NCBI GenBank assembly: GCA_038059935.1
Contig: JBBTIN010000016.1
Span: 46,943-110,942, forward strand
DNA from: Nitrospirota bacterium
GTDB lineage: Bacteria; Nitrospirota; Nitrospiria; SBBL01; SBBA01
Length of the DNA: 64,000 nucleotides
Reading direction: 5' to 3'
The notes beneath the pieces were generated by a model that was given only the letters and a program-made list of their open reading frames with translations, ran no database searches and was not told the DNA's origin. Below, one piece after another: positions 34,001-45,778 of this stretch; position 1 is the stretch's first letter, and every line of letters begins with the position of its first letter. A program made the translations under genes and the position numbers.

Positions 34001-35581
34001 ATGAAAGTATTAGTCAGTGATTCGCTTTCCGAGCAGGGCATTGTCATCTTAAAAAAAGGGGGACTGCAGGTTGATGTCAATACAAAATTGACACCGGCAC
34101 AACTGATCGAAGAAATTGGGCAATATGATGGGCTGGTCATCCGAAGCGGCACGAAGGTCACCAAAGAAGTCATTGCGGCCGCAAAGAATCTAAAGGTGAT
34201 TGGCCGAGCCGGATCGGGACTCGATAATGTGGATCTTCCGGCGGCCACCAAGCGTGGCATTGTTGTGATGAATACCCCCGGCGGCAACACGATTACAACA
34301 GCAGAGCACACCTTTGCGTTGATCTTCTCCATGGCGCGCCAGACCCCGCAAGCCAATGCCTCCGTGAAATCCGGAAAATGGGAAAAGAATAAGTTTATGG
34401 GGGTCGAGCTTTTTAATAAGACGATTGGGATTATTGGACTGGGTCAGATTGGGAGTTGGGTTGCCCGTCTCGCGCAAGGGGCTGGCATGATCGTCATTGG
34501 ACATGACGCTTTCCTTTCGACGGAAAATGCCCAAAAGATCGGGGTTGAGATGGTGGATCTGGCAACGCTTTATGCCCGCGCCGATATCATTACCGTTCAT
34601 ACGCCGATGACCGCGGAGACAAAACATCTGATCAATGCCGAGGCCATTGAGAAGATGAAGAATGGCGTCCGGCTGGTCAATTGTGCGCGCGGAGGAATCA
34701 TTGATGAAGCCGCGCTCCTTCCTGCTTTGACTTCAGGAAAAGTCGCTGCTTGCGCTTCCGATGTTTTTGAGAAAGAACCGGTGGATCCAAATCATCCCCT
34801 TTTGAAAATGGACAATTTTATTTGTACGCCGCATTTGGGCGCATCCACGTTAGAAGCACAGGATAATGTTGCATTGGCGATTGCGGATCAGGTCGTGGAT
34901 TATCTCGTTCATGGGATTGTTCGTTACGCGGTGAATCTGCCTTCGATATCGCTTGATCTGAAGGATAAGGTCGCGCCGTATGTTCTTTTGGCAGAAAAGA
35001 TCGGATCATTTATCGGTCAGACCATTGAAGGCGGAATTGAAACGATTCACATTGAGTATCATGGCGAAGCGGCTGAAATGACCTCGGCACCCATGAATGT
35101 GGCAGCGTTGAAGGGTCTTTTGGCCCCCATGTTAGAGGAGACGGTCAATTACGTGAATGCCCCCGCTATTGCAAAGGAGCGGGGCATTTTAGTGAATGAA
35201 GTCAAAACGGCCGATGCGGGAAATTTCTCTTCTTTGTTAACGATGAAAGTAAAGACAGCGTCTGGGCAAAAGGTTGTTTCAGGCGCGGTCTTCCATAAGA
35301 CCGAACCACGGTTTGTTGAGATAGACGGGATGGCCTTAGAGATTATTCCAGAAGGGAACATGCTCTATATTCATAATAACGATAAGCAGGGGGTTATTGG
35401 TGACTTGGGGCATCTTTTGGCCAAGAATCAAATTAATATTTCTCGTATGCAGTTGGGAAGAGAAAAAACGGGAGGTCTGGCCGTTTCTGTTGTGGGAACA
35501 GATATCGCGGCTTCCGAATCGGTGATTAAAGAAATTCGCGCGATTCCCCATATTCTCTCTGTAAAACCGGTCTGCTTATAG
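34001..35581 (+). CDS. serA: D-3-phosphoglycerate dehydrogenase (long form with ASB and ACT domains)
   Basis: MKVLVSD start, NAD site IGLGQIGS, GRAGSGLDNVD, C-terminal ACT-like region. The ORF-track start at 33974 lies in the R3 repeat. Confidence 0.92.
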   Translation: MKVLVSDSLSEQGIVILKKGGLQVDVNTKLTPAQLIEEIGQYDGLVIRSGTKVTKEVIAAAKNLKVIGRAGSGLDNVDLPAATKRGIVVMNTPGGNTITTAEHTFALIFSMARQTPQANASVKSGKWEKNKFMGVELFNKTIGIIGLGQIGSWVARLAQGAGMIVIGHDAFLSTENAQKIGVEMVDLATLYARADIITVHTPMTAETKHLINAEAIEKMKNGVRLVNCARGGIIDEAALLPALTSGKVAACASDVFEKEPVDPNHPLLKMDNFICTPHLGASTLEAQDNVALAIADQVVDYLVHGIVRYAVNLPSISLDLKDKVAPYVLLAEKIGSFIGQTIEGGIETIHIEYHGEAAEMTSAPMNVAALKGLLAPMLEETVNYVNAPAIAKERGILVNEVKTADAGNFSSLLTMKVKTASGQKVVSGAVFHKTEPRFVEIDGMALEIIPEGNMLYIHNNDKQGVIGDLGHLLAKNQINISRMQLGREKTGGLAVSVVGTDIAASESVIKEIRAIPHILSVKPVCL

Positions 35582-35587
35582 TCAGAC

Positions 35588-35658
35588 GGCTACGTCAAAG
35601 TCCGAATGGATGGAACATCTTTACAACACCCCCCTCTCCCCCTTTGCTAGGGGGGAAT
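35588..35658 (+). repeat. ~70-bp repeat (40-nt leader plus R3 palindrome), copy A
   Basis: GGCTACGTCAAAGTCCGAATGGATGGAACATCTTTACAACACCCCCCTCTCCCCCTTTGCTAGGGGGGAAT, about 90 percent identical to 40961-41031. Confidence 0.85.
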
Positions 35659-35667
35659 ACAGATCGG

Positions 35668-35702
35668 GATTCCCCCTTAATAAAGGGGGCTAGGGGGGTG
35701 TG
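35668..35702 (-). repeat. R3 palindromic element (inverted), forming a nested palindrome with 35625-35658
   Basis: GATTCCCCC-TTAATAA-AGGGGGCTAGGGGGGTGTG. Confidence 0.75.
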
Positions 35703-35809
35703 AAAATGTCGGACGGATATGAAATTCGTTTTACATCTGCCGTGTTTTATAAGTCCATTTTTATTGGTCATCCCGACGAAGGCCGGTATCCAGTCTTCTA
35801 TTAACCATC

Positions 35810-37153
35810 ATGCAAAAAACCATTCTCGTCATAGACGATGAACCCTCCATTTTATCCACCCTTTCGGAAGTCTTAAAAGACGAGGGGTATAGCGTATCGG
35901 TTGCCTCTAACGCCCACGATGCCCTTTTATCTCTTTCAGAAACTTCTCCCATGTTGGTGCTGCTTGATGTCTGGATGCCGGATGCCGATGGAATTGATAC
36001 GCTCGTTAAAATAAAAAATATTTATTCGGATTTGCCGGTTATTATTATGTCGGGGCATGGTTCGATTGAGACGGCGGTGAGCGCGATCAAGCGGGGAGCA
36101 TACGATTTTATAGAAAAACCACTTTCGCTAGAAAAGGTGCTGCTGATTATTCGACACGCCTTTAATGAACGACGCCTTTCAGAAGAGAATAGAGACCTTC
36201 GACAATTCATTTCAAAAAAACACGAGATGATTGGAGAAAGTCCGCTCATGCAGAAATTGAGCGCGCAGATTTGCCGCGCCAGCCCAACACAAAGTCGGAT
36301 TTTAATCTCTGGAGAAAATGGAACAGGAAAGGAATTGGTTGCACGCGCGATTCATGCGCTGAGCACAAGAAGGAACGCGCCATTTATTGATATCAATTGT
36401 GCCGCCATCCCGGAACATCTTATTGAGAGCGAATTGTTTGGCTATGAGAAGGGCGCATTCACCGGCGCGCTTCAACAAAAGTGCGGGCAATTTGAATGCG
36501 CCGATGGTGGAACCCTTTTCCTAGATGAAATCGGCGATATGGCACTCTCAACGCAATCTAAGGTCTTGCGCGCGTTGCAGGAGTCATCCTTTAATCGCGT
36601 TGGGGGAACCGCCCTGGTAAAGGTGGACGTTCGAGTCATTGCCGCGTCCAATAAAAACCTAGAGGAAGAAATTAAAAAGGGAACTTTTCGAGAAGACCTT
36701 TATTATCGGCTGAATGTGGTTCCATTGTCGGTTCCGCCGCTTCGGGAGCGATCGGAGGATATCGCGCTTTTAGCCACGCACTTTATTCAAGCGATTGGAA
36801 AGGAGCAAGGAATTAAGCAAAAGCAGCTTTCACCAGAAGCGCTTGCCTTGCTCAAACGATATGCATGGCCGGGCAATGTCCGTGAGCTTCAAAATATTTT
36901 GGAACGGCTGATGATTTTAGTTCCGGAAAATATCATTCTTCCAAAAGATATTCCCTCTTTTATTGGCAATGAGCCTGTGGCCTCCGAGATGACTGATTCT
37001 CTCAAGTCGGCTCGCAGCCAATTTGAGAAGGAGTTAATCTTAAAGAAGCTGAATCTACACAATTGGAATTTAATTGAGACGGCGGCCGATCTCCAGATTG
37101 AGCGTACCCATTTATATCGGAAGATGAAACTACTGAATATTGAGACGCGATAG
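35810..37153 (+). CDS. Sigma-54-dependent response regulator (NtrC family)
   Basis: Receiver domain, AAA+ GENGTGKELVARAIH, ESELFGYEKGAFTGA, C-terminal HTH. Confidence 0.9.
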   Translation: MQKTILVIDDEPSILSTLSEVLKDEGYSVSVASNAHDALLSLSETSPMLVLLDVWMPDADGIDTLVKIKNIYSDLPVIIMSGHGSIETAVSAIKRGAYDFIEKPLSLEKVLLIIRHAFNERRLSEENRDLRQFISKKHEMIGESPLMQKLSAQICRASPTQSRILISGENGTGKELVARAIHALSTRRNAPFIDINCAAIPEHLIESELFGYEKGAFTGALQQKCGQFECADGGTLFLDEIGDMALSTQSKVLRALQESSFNRVGGTALVKVDVRVIAASNKNLEEEIKKGTFREDLYYRLNVVPLSVPPLRERSEDIALLATHFIQAIGKEQGIKQKQLSPEALALLKRYAWPGNVRELQNILERLMILVPENIILPKDIPSFIGNEPVASEMTDSLKSARSQFEKELILKKLNLHNWNLIETAADLQIERTHLYRKMKLLNIETR

Positions 37154-37171
37154 GGAGAAGGGGCCAGCCTA

Positions 37172-38290
37172 TCAGCCAAACTGAAGTTCTCGTTCCATGT
37201 CGGAAGGAGAGGTCGCTGCGGCCAGCCCAACATCTTGCGATATTTTCTTCGATTGAATCATCTCGATTAAGTGCTGATCAAATGTTTGCATGCCAAACTC
37301 ACGTCCGCGCGCCATGTGGCCTAAAATTTCGGGTGTTCTTTCCGGCGATTTCATGCATTCCTGAATCGTACGTGTTGCCCTTAAAATCTCAACCGCGGGG
37401 ATCAATCCCGATTTATCCAATCGGGGTAGAAGCCGCAATGAAATCACCGCCATCAAATTATCAGCCAGACGAAGCCGCATGATGGGCTGTTGAGCCGGGT
37501 CAAAGAAAGAAACAAACCGGCTGAGCGTCTGAACCGCAGACGAAGTATGTAAAGACGAGATCACCAGATGTCCCGTCTCCGAGGCCTTGAGGGCAATTTC
37601 TGCCGTATCGGCGTTTCGCATTTCTCCAATCATCAGGATATCCGGGTTCTGACGCATGGCACCGCGAATGGCTTCGGTAAATGACTGCGCGTCCGTTGGA
37701 ATCTCCCGTTGGGTGATCACAGATTGCTTGTGTTCTAAAACAAACTCAATGGGGTCTTCAATGGTGAGAATATGATCCGTCCGTGTTTTATTAATGTGAT
37801 CAAGCAAAGCCGCCATTGTCGTTGATTTTCCCATGCCCGTCGGCCCGGAAATCAAAATCATCCCCCGGCGTAACCCTGCGATCTTCTCAATCGTTTCGGG
37901 AAGATTTAAATCGGAAAATCCTTTAATCTCATTTGGAATGACGCGCATCGCCACCCCGACCGCGCCGCGATTTTTATAAATATTTGTTCGGAAACGCGTT
38001 TTATTTGGCAATTCGTAAGAGGTATCAATATCAGAAAAAAGATCAACCTTTCCAGAAGAAAGATTATTCACATAAAGCGTGTTTGTTTTTTGAACCAAAG
38101 AAAGTCCGCGCTCTTCAAGAAGGTAATTGGCAATGGCAAGGGTGTCTCCGATGGAGAGACAGGATTTAGAGGCCTCAACCAAGAAGCCGTTGATTCTGAA
38201 AAAAGGGGGATACCCCACCTTCAGGTGAAGATCAGAACATTTCTGTTTGATCGCATGATCTAAAATGGCAAGAAAGACTGATCGTTCCAT
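37172..38290 (-). CDS. pilT: Type IV pilus retraction ATPase PilT family
   Basis: Walker A GPTGMGKSTT, ILTIEDPIEF, 372 aa. Confidence 0.88.
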   Translation of the reverse strand: MERSVFLAILDHAIKQKCSDLHLKVGYPPFFRINGFLVEASKSCLSIGDTLAIANYLLEERGLSLVQKTNTLYVNNLSSGKVDLFSDIDTSYELPNKTRFRTNIYKNRGAVGVAMRVIPNEIKGFSDLNLPETIEKIAGLRRGMILISGPTGMGKSTTMAALLDHINKTRTDHILTIEDPIEFVLEHKQSVITQREIPTDAQSFTEAIRGAMRQNPDILMIGEMRNADTAEIALKASETGHLVISSLHTSSAVQTLSRFVSFFDPAQQPIMRLRLADNLMAVISLRLLPRLDKSGLIPAVEILRATRTIQECMKSPERTPEILGHMARGREFGMQTFDQHLIEMIQSKKISQDVGLAAATSPSDMERELQFG

Positions 38291-38345
38291 GATTTTCTCG
38301 GACTATATCATAAAAAGAAATGTTTTCAAAATGTGATATTTATTG

Positions 38346-39251
38346 CTAATACCCCATTTCATTGAGAAAGAGATCGTTCTTGCGCCACTCTTTTTTGACT
38401 TTCACCCAAACCTCTAAAAAAACCTTTGCGGATAACAATCCCTCTAACTCTAAACGCGCGGCACGGCCAATCTCTTTTAATCGCTCCCCCTTGTGTCCAA
38501 TTAAGATCCCCTTTTGCGAATCTTTTTCGACGTAAATCACCACGCCAATTGAAATCAACCCCTTTTTATCATCTTCATGAAATTTTTCAATCTCCACCGA
38601 AACCACATAAGGAATTTCCTCTTTTGTTTGCTCAATCACTTTTTCTCGAATAATTTCAGCAGCCAAAAACCGAATGGGCTGATCGGTCACTTGATCCTCT
38701 GGAAAATAGGCCGCGCCTTCTGGAAGATAAGAAAAAAGAAGATCGGTCAGTCTTTCTGTGTTTTCTCCAGTCTTCGCGGAAATCGGAATGATTTCAGAAA
38801 AATGACAGGCGGACATTGCCGGCGTGCTCGCCTCCATGTTCGCAAGCAGCGCAATCAACTTCCCCTTCCCAATCAGATCCATTTTATTAAGTACTAATAT
38901 TTTAGGGATAGAAATTGTCCTTAAGTACTCAAAAAGAAGATAATCCTCCGACTCCATTTTTGGCTCAATTAAAAGAAGAATGATATCAACCTCGGATAGT
39001 GTCGCGGTCGCCGTCTTAACCATTCGGCGGTTTAACATCGTCTTTTCCTTCCTGGTATTATGAATTCCAGGGGTATCAAAAAAAATGATCTGACCTTCCG
39101 GGAGATGTTTGACGCCTAAAATTTTATTGCGAGTGGTTTGGGGCTTATCCGAGACAATCGAAATTTTCTGCCCTAAAATGCAATTTAAGAAAGTGGATTT
39201 GCCGACGTTGGGTCGGCCGATGATCGAGATAAATCCAGATTTGTAGGCCAC
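38346..39251 (-). CDS. era: GTPase Era (GTG start)
   Basis: G1 GRPNVGKSTFLN, DTPG, NKMD, C-terminal KH domain. Confidence 0.92.
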   Translation of the reverse strand: MAYKSGFISIIGRPNVGKSTFLNCILGQKISIVSDKPQTTRNKILGVKHLPEGQIIFFDTPGIHNTRKEKTMLNRRMVKTATATLSEVDIILLLIEPKMESEDYLLFEYLRTISIPKILVLNKMDLIGKGKLIALLANMEASTPAMSACHFSEIIPISAKTGENTERLTDLLFSYLPEGAAYFPEDQVTDQPIRFLAAEIIREKVIEQTKEEIPYVVSVEIEKFHEDDKKGLISIGVVIYVEKDSQKGILIGHKGERLKEIGRAARLELEGLLSAKVFLEVWVKVKKEWRKNDLFLNEMGY

Positions 39252-39260
39252 GCAATTTCT

Positions 39261-40935
<1,675 letters not shown>

Positions 40936-40960
40936 TCAATTTAATTGCAAGGGTTTTCAA

Positions 40961-41031
40961 GGCTACGTCAAAGTCCAATATGGATGGAACATCTTTACAA
41001 CACCCCCCTCCCCCCTTGCTAGGGGGTTGTG
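40961..41031 (+). repeat. ~70-bp repeat (40-nt leader plus R3 palindrome), copy B
   Basis: GGCTACGTCAAAGTCCAATATGGATGGAACATCTTTACAACACCCCCCTCCCCCCTTGCTAGGGGGTTGTG. Confidence 0.85.
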
Positions 41032-41174
41032 AATGCGACATAAATACAACAAATCGTCCCATTTTTTATGATATTATTCGTGTTCCCATAACGAGATAAA
41101 ACTATATCTTGTTAATATCACAACAAAAAGTTATTTAAAACAGATGGCATTATTATTGCTTATATATTTTAGAA

Positions 41175-42092
41175 ATGTTGATGAACGCATACGAAAAGAC
41201 AATTGAGCGGGAGGTCGTTTTCTCTGGAATTGGGCTTCACTCTGGGAAACCAGCGTCCATTCGGCTTCTTCCCGCACCGCAGGGAACCGGCATTGTGTTT
41301 GTCCGCACGGATATTGCCTCCGAGATGGTCATTGTTCGTGCTGCAGAGGTGATCTCCACTTCTTATTCGACAACCATTGGCAGAGATGATGTTCGTGTTC
41401 AAACGATTGAGCACCTTCTTTCTGCCGTTTCCGCGCTCTCTATTGATAATCTGTTGATTGAGGTGGATGGTGAAGAACTTCCGATTGCCGATGGAAGTGC
41501 TGCCCCTTTTGTTGCCCTTCTTCTCGAAGCGGGCGAGCGCCCACAGAGCAAAGAAAAGCAGGTGATGGAAATTATTGAGCCATTCACTCTCGTGGATGGA
41601 GAAAAATTTATTCGGATATCACCTTCGGAATCGTTTGAGATAGATTATACAATTGTCTACAAACATCCGCTGATTGGAATCCAGTCGTATGATTACCGTC
41701 ATAGTCGGCAAGCATTCATTGAAGAAATCGCGCCTGCCCGCACATTTGGATTCTTATCGGAAATCAAGCGGCTTCAGGAAAGCGGGTACGCGCAGGGGGG
41801 GTCGTTGGAAAATGCGATTGTCGTGGGTGAAGATAAAATCTTAAATCAGGAAGCACTTCGATTTGAAGACGAATTTGTCCGCCACAAAATATTAGATTTG
41901 ATTGGCGATCTTGCGCTGTTGGGAATGGAAATTCGAGGCCGCATTGAAGCCTCTCAATCTGGACATCAACTGCACACGCGGCTCACCGAGGCGTTAAAAA
42001 ATAATAAAAAATGCTCCCGAATCATCTGTGTCTCATCAGGGCAGGAAGATTTCTCTTCTGCTCTGGAATCGGCTTTCGCTGCCGCCTGTTAG
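41175..42092 (+). CDS. lpxC: UDP-3-O-acyl-N-acetylglucosamine deacetylase
   Basis: GIGLHSG and EFVRHKILDLIGDL. Confidence 0.92.
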   Translation: MLMNAYEKTIEREVVFSGIGLHSGKPASIRLLPAPQGTGIVFVRTDIASEMVIVRAAEVISTSYSTTIGRDDVRVQTIEHLLSAVSALSIDNLLIEVDGEELPIADGSAAPFVALLLEAGERPQSKEKQVMEIIEPFTLVDGEKFIRISPSESFEIDYTIVYKHPLIGIQSYDYRHSRQAFIEEIAPARTFGFLSEIKRLQESGYAQGGSLENAIVVGEDKILNQEALRFEDEFVRHKILDLIGDLALLGMEIRGRIEASQSGHQLHTRLTEALKNNKKCSRIICVSSGQEDFSSALESAFAAAC

Positions 42093-42163
42093 GCCACCTT
42101 GCTATACCCCAATACAAAGGGGTAGACTTTCTCCATCCGCTCTGATCCAAAGATAAAATTAAG

Positions 42164-43381
42164 ATGACAATCTATACCAATTTATTAAAAGAACTTGAAA
42201 AAGAGTTTCTTCCATCAGAAGAAAAAAAGACCGACTGGAAAAAAGGCCTTGCTTTCCTGCTGATAGGAATTGCATTTGGCGCTGGGGTCTTTAGTCTTTA
42301 TCTTTATATAAAAAAGAGCCCGGCAGGACCGGCCGCTGTTCGCCTTTTTAGCCTAGGAACCCCGGTCGAAACCGTGACGGTCAAAGGCGTTGAACTCACT
42401 GAGGTCATTGGTGCCAATGGCATCACAACGCCCGCCGCAGCAATAGAAATTAAGGCGATGCTTTCTGGAAAAGTTTTGCTGCTTCATGTGGGTGTGGGTG
42501 CCTCGATAAAAAAAGGGGATATCTTGGGACAGTTAGACGCAATGCCTTATAAGACTGCGCTTCAATCGGCTAAGGCAAAACTTACGAAAGCCACAGAGGC
42601 ACTTGAAAAAGACGAACTCTTTGAAAAACGAATGAATGAACTTTTTTCCAGAAGATTACTTTCCGACACGGAGCTTGAGAAGGCGAGACACCAACTCGAT
42701 ATGACACGCCTTTATGCTTCGGAAATGGAACAGGCGGTAAGCGTTGCTCAATTAAATCTGGATCGGACTGTTGTTATCGCCAATGCGCCAGGGATCATCA
42801 TGGAACAAAATGTCACCATTGGCCAAATCGTTCAGCCGGGGGAAGCCCTTTTTCGTTTAGGCTCAACCGAATCCATGAACATTGTCGTTTCCGTAACAGA
42901 GGAGAAGTCCGATCATATTATGACTGGACAAGAAGCAGACATTCTTTTAGATGCTTATCCGAATACCACTTTGAGCGGAGAGGTGGAAAAAATCGAAATG
43001 GGGAGGGAGCAACTCCTAGAAAATGGACTAACCGCACAAAAGATGAATGTCTCGATCCGACTCTTATCCGCATGGAAAATGAAAACCGGGCTCCCGGCCT
43101 ACGTATGGATTAAAAGCCACCGAAAAGGATTGACCATTCCAGTGATGAGTCTGATTCAGACTCCCAATGGAAAATTTCCTCTGGATAAAGATCAACAAGG
43201 ATCGGTCTTTATTGTTGAAAATTCAAAAGTAAGGATACAATCTGTTCGGATTGGGATCACACGGAAAAATTCGGTCGAGATCATTGAAGGCTTGCAGGAG
43301 GGACAAGAAGTGGTCATTCGTGGCGCCTCCAATCTAAGGGAAAATGATCGGATTGAATCCACAAGCAGAAGATCAGGTTGA
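42164..43381 (+). CDS. HlyD/RND-type periplasmic adaptor (membrane fusion protein), orphan
   Basis: N-terminal TM, a lipoyl-like hairpin (GKVLLLHVGVGASIKKGDILGQLD), a coiled coil and a beta-barrel region. No pump or ABC partner is adjacent. Confidence 0.75.
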   Translation: MTIYTNLLKELEKEFLPSEEKKTDWKKGLAFLLIGIAFGAGVFSLYLYIKKSPAGPAAVRLFSLGTPVETVTVKGVELTEVIGANGITTPAAAIEIKAMLSGKVLLLHVGVGASIKKGDILGQLDAMPYKTALQSAKAKLTKATEALEKDELFEKRMNELFSRRLLSDTELEKARHQLDMTRLYASEMEQAVSVAQLNLDRTVVIANAPGIIMEQNVTIGQIVQPGEALFRLGSTESMNIVVSVTEEKSDHIMTGQEADILLDAYPNTTLSGEVEKIEMGREQLLENGLTAQKMNVSIRLLSAWKMKTGLPAYVWIKSHRKGLTIPVMSLIQTPNGKFPLDKDQQGSVFIVENSKVRIQSVRIGITRKNSVEIIEGLQEGQEVVIRGASNLRENDRIESTSRRSG

Positions 43382-44854
43382 TTTCTCTTTTTTTAGATTG
43401 ATCGTTGCCAGCGCCTCTCGTGCTGCCTTATTCTCGGGGTCCCTTTTAATTACGTCATGGAAAGCAGCTTCGGCCTTCTGTATTAATTCGGTCTTCATAT
43501 AAATCTTTCCCAATGCAAAATGAGGTGCCCCTTTAGAGAAATCCAAACCGGCACTTTTTTGCAACGCCTCGACAGCCTCTTTTAGCTTTCCTGGAACCAT
43601 CGCAAGCACTTGTCCATATCGAAAATAAACAGCACTCTTTTCAATTGACTCCGGCATGATGCGAATGACTTCTTCTAAAAAATAGAGCCCATTTTTTAGA
43701 TCATTTTGGAAAAGGGCCGCTTCCGCACGAGAAAGCGCCTCCTGCAGCGGGCTTGCTTTCACGGTGGCTTTAAGGGACGCGCTTTCCAATGTTTTATCAT
43801 ATTCCTTTCTTAGCGGGTCATGAGACAACGTATCATAGGCATGCGTGAGTTGAGAAAAGACAGCGCCAATTTTTTTTGCTTCGTCGGAAACGCCTTGGCT
43901 TAAGTATCGGTCTGGATGATACCGCTTCGCCAACTTGAAATATGCCTGCTTAATCTCTTTCTTTTCGGCACGCGGCGGCACATTCAAAATTTCGTAGTAA
44001 TTCTGAAGTGGAAGGCTTTCATGAATTTCCAGAATTTTTTTAATTTGAATTTCAATCGGCTCATGATTCCAAGGATCTTCCTCCTTCATCTCCGCTTTTT
44101 CCCCCTCTTTCGTATCAACCGGTTCTGTTTTTGCCCGGGGAATGGCCGCGATCACCCGCTCGGTACCAATCAAAATATTCAGAGCTTGGAGCATCGGCAC
44201 CGTTTGTGTTGCAAACCCTACCAAGAGGTCTCGAATGGTTTGTTCATCATTGATGAGATTCCAGACCTCATCCAATTGGGCACCTCCCCCCAATGATGAA
44301 ATCGTTTGACCCGCATTTTTTTTTAAGACGGACGAAAGCGGCGGCAAGAATTGGTTGAGCCGTGTTAAATCAGAAATGCGAAACCATCCATCATGAATGA
44401 TCTGATCCGGATCTATTGAAATTCCAATGGCCCCTTCCAATGGAATGCCCGATTCCCGAAAGGAATAAGCCGCATCCTCCCATAAAAATAGACTTACGAC
44501 AATCTCTTTCATTTGCACAGTCAACGCATCAAAAAAAGTCTTTGGCTTGATAAACCCTTGTTCCATTAAAACGGCTCCTTCCATCTTGCCGCTCGACTTT
44601 AACAAAGATTTTGCCTGTTCATACTCTTGAAAGTTAATTTGGCCGGACTTCAGCAACATTTCCACTAACGAATCGTTTGGATGATTGGATGCCGAAAATA
44701 AAATGGCACCGTTTTGAAAATGAACGGTCTTTGTAAATGAATTCTGACGTACGGTTAAGATACCGGTTTTAGTAGAAGTTTTTAATAAGTGAAGAACCGC
44801 GGAAATGGAAACGGCTTTCAAGTTTCCAGAAAGAGGGACAGAAGGGATAGGCAC
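43373..44854 (-). CDS. DUF4388 / J-domain / TPR fusion protein (GTG start)
   Basis: DUF4388-like N-terminus (AVLHLLKTSTKTGILTV), J domain NYYEILNVPPRAEKKEIKQAYFKLAKRYHPDR, C-terminal TPR-like repeats. Confidence 0.7.
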   Translation of the reverse strand: MPIPSVPLSGNLKAVSISAVLHLLKTSTKTGILTVRQNSFTKTVHFQNGAILFSASNHPNDSLVEMLLKSGQINFQEYEQAKSLLKSSGKMEGAVLMEQGFIKPKTFFDALTVQMKEIVVSLFLWEDAAYSFRESGIPLEGAIGISIDPDQIIHDGWFRISDLTRLNQFLPPLSSVLKKNAGQTISSLGGGAQLDEVWNLINDEQTIRDLLVGFATQTVPMLQALNILIGTERVIAAIPRAKTEPVDTKEGEKAEMKEEDPWNHEPIEIQIKKILEIHESLPLQNYYEILNVPPRAEKKEIKQAYFKLAKRYHPDRYLSQGVSDEAKKIGAVFSQLTHAYDTLSHDPLRKEYDKTLESASLKATVKASPLQEALSRAEAALFQNDLKNGLYFLEEVIRIMPESIEKSAVYFRYGQVLAMVPGKLKEAVEALQKSAGLDFSKGAPHFALGKIYMKTELIQKAEAAFHDVIKRDPENKAAREALATINLKKEKST

Positions 44855-44864
44855 AACAAAGCCT

Positions 44865-45770
44865 CTATGCTTTTTTTACAGGGTCCTGACGTTGAAACAA
44901 AATTAAGAGTGGGCTGGCAATGTACCACGATGAGTAGGTTCCCACAATCACCCCAAAAATCATTGCAAGGGCAAAATCGTGGATCACTTCGCCGCCAAAA
45001 AGATAAAGCGTGCCGACGGCCAAAAGCGTCGTAAAACTGGTATTAAACGTACGCGATAACACCTCGTTAATGGAGCGATTGATCACATCCGGGAAGAATT
45101 CCCGTTTCTTTGTTTTTAAATTTTCACGGATTCGATCAAAGACAACGACCGTATCAGAAAGGGAATACCCGGCAATCGTCAAAAGCGCCGTAACAAACAG
45201 CAGCGATATTTCTCTATTCAAGAGATAAAAAAGACCCAGCACGACAAAAACATCGTGAAAAGTCGCAGCCGCAGCCGCCAGGCCAAACCGAAACTCAAAA
45301 CGATACGCGATGTAAAGCACAATGCCCAGCATCGAGAGGATAATGGCCCACGCCGCATCCGCCCGCAGCTTCTGCCCAATTTTTGGACCAATCTCTGTAC
45401 TACTTTCCACAATAAAAGAATTATCCGGTAAGGCCTTTGAGAAAAGTGCCGAAACTTTAGAATCGGTTTTGCCTCCCCCTTCTTTCTTAATCCGAACCAA
45501 TAACTTTTGCTCCGCAATGACCGATTGAAGTTCAACGTCACTCAATCCGCCGTCCGATAATATTTTTCGGGCAGTTTGGGTGTCAATCGGTTTTTGAAAC
45601 TTCAACGAAAGAGACGTTCCCCCGGCAAAGTCCACCCCAAGATTGGCTGCGCCTCGCGTAATTTGAATAATGGCAATGAGGCCAATCAAAACGGCAATCC
45701 CAGAAACAATAAAAAAGGCAAACCGCTTTCCGATGAAATTAAAATGCGTTTTATGAAAGAGTTGAATCAT
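44865..45770 (-). CDS. secF: Protein translocase subunit SecF
   Basis: HFNFIGKRFAFFIVS N-terminus with a SecD/F transmembrane core. ATG 45770 lies 8 nt after the secD stop. Confidence 0.9.
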   Translation of the reverse strand: MIQLFHKTHFNFIGKRFAFFIVSGIAVLIGLIAIIQITRGAANLGVDFAGGTSLSLKFQKPIDTQTARKILSDGGLSDVELQSVIAEQKLLVRIKKEGGGKTDSKVSALFSKALPDNSFIVESSTEIGPKIGQKLRADAAWAIILSMLGIVLYIAYRFEFRFGLAAAAATFHDVFVVLGLFYLLNREISLLFVTALLTIAGYSLSDTVVVFDRIRENLKTKKREFFPDVINRSINEVLSRTFNTSFTTLLAVGTLYLFGGEVIHDFALAMIFGVIVGTYSSWYIASPLLILFQRQDPVKKA

Positions 45771-45778
45771 GTGATGTC

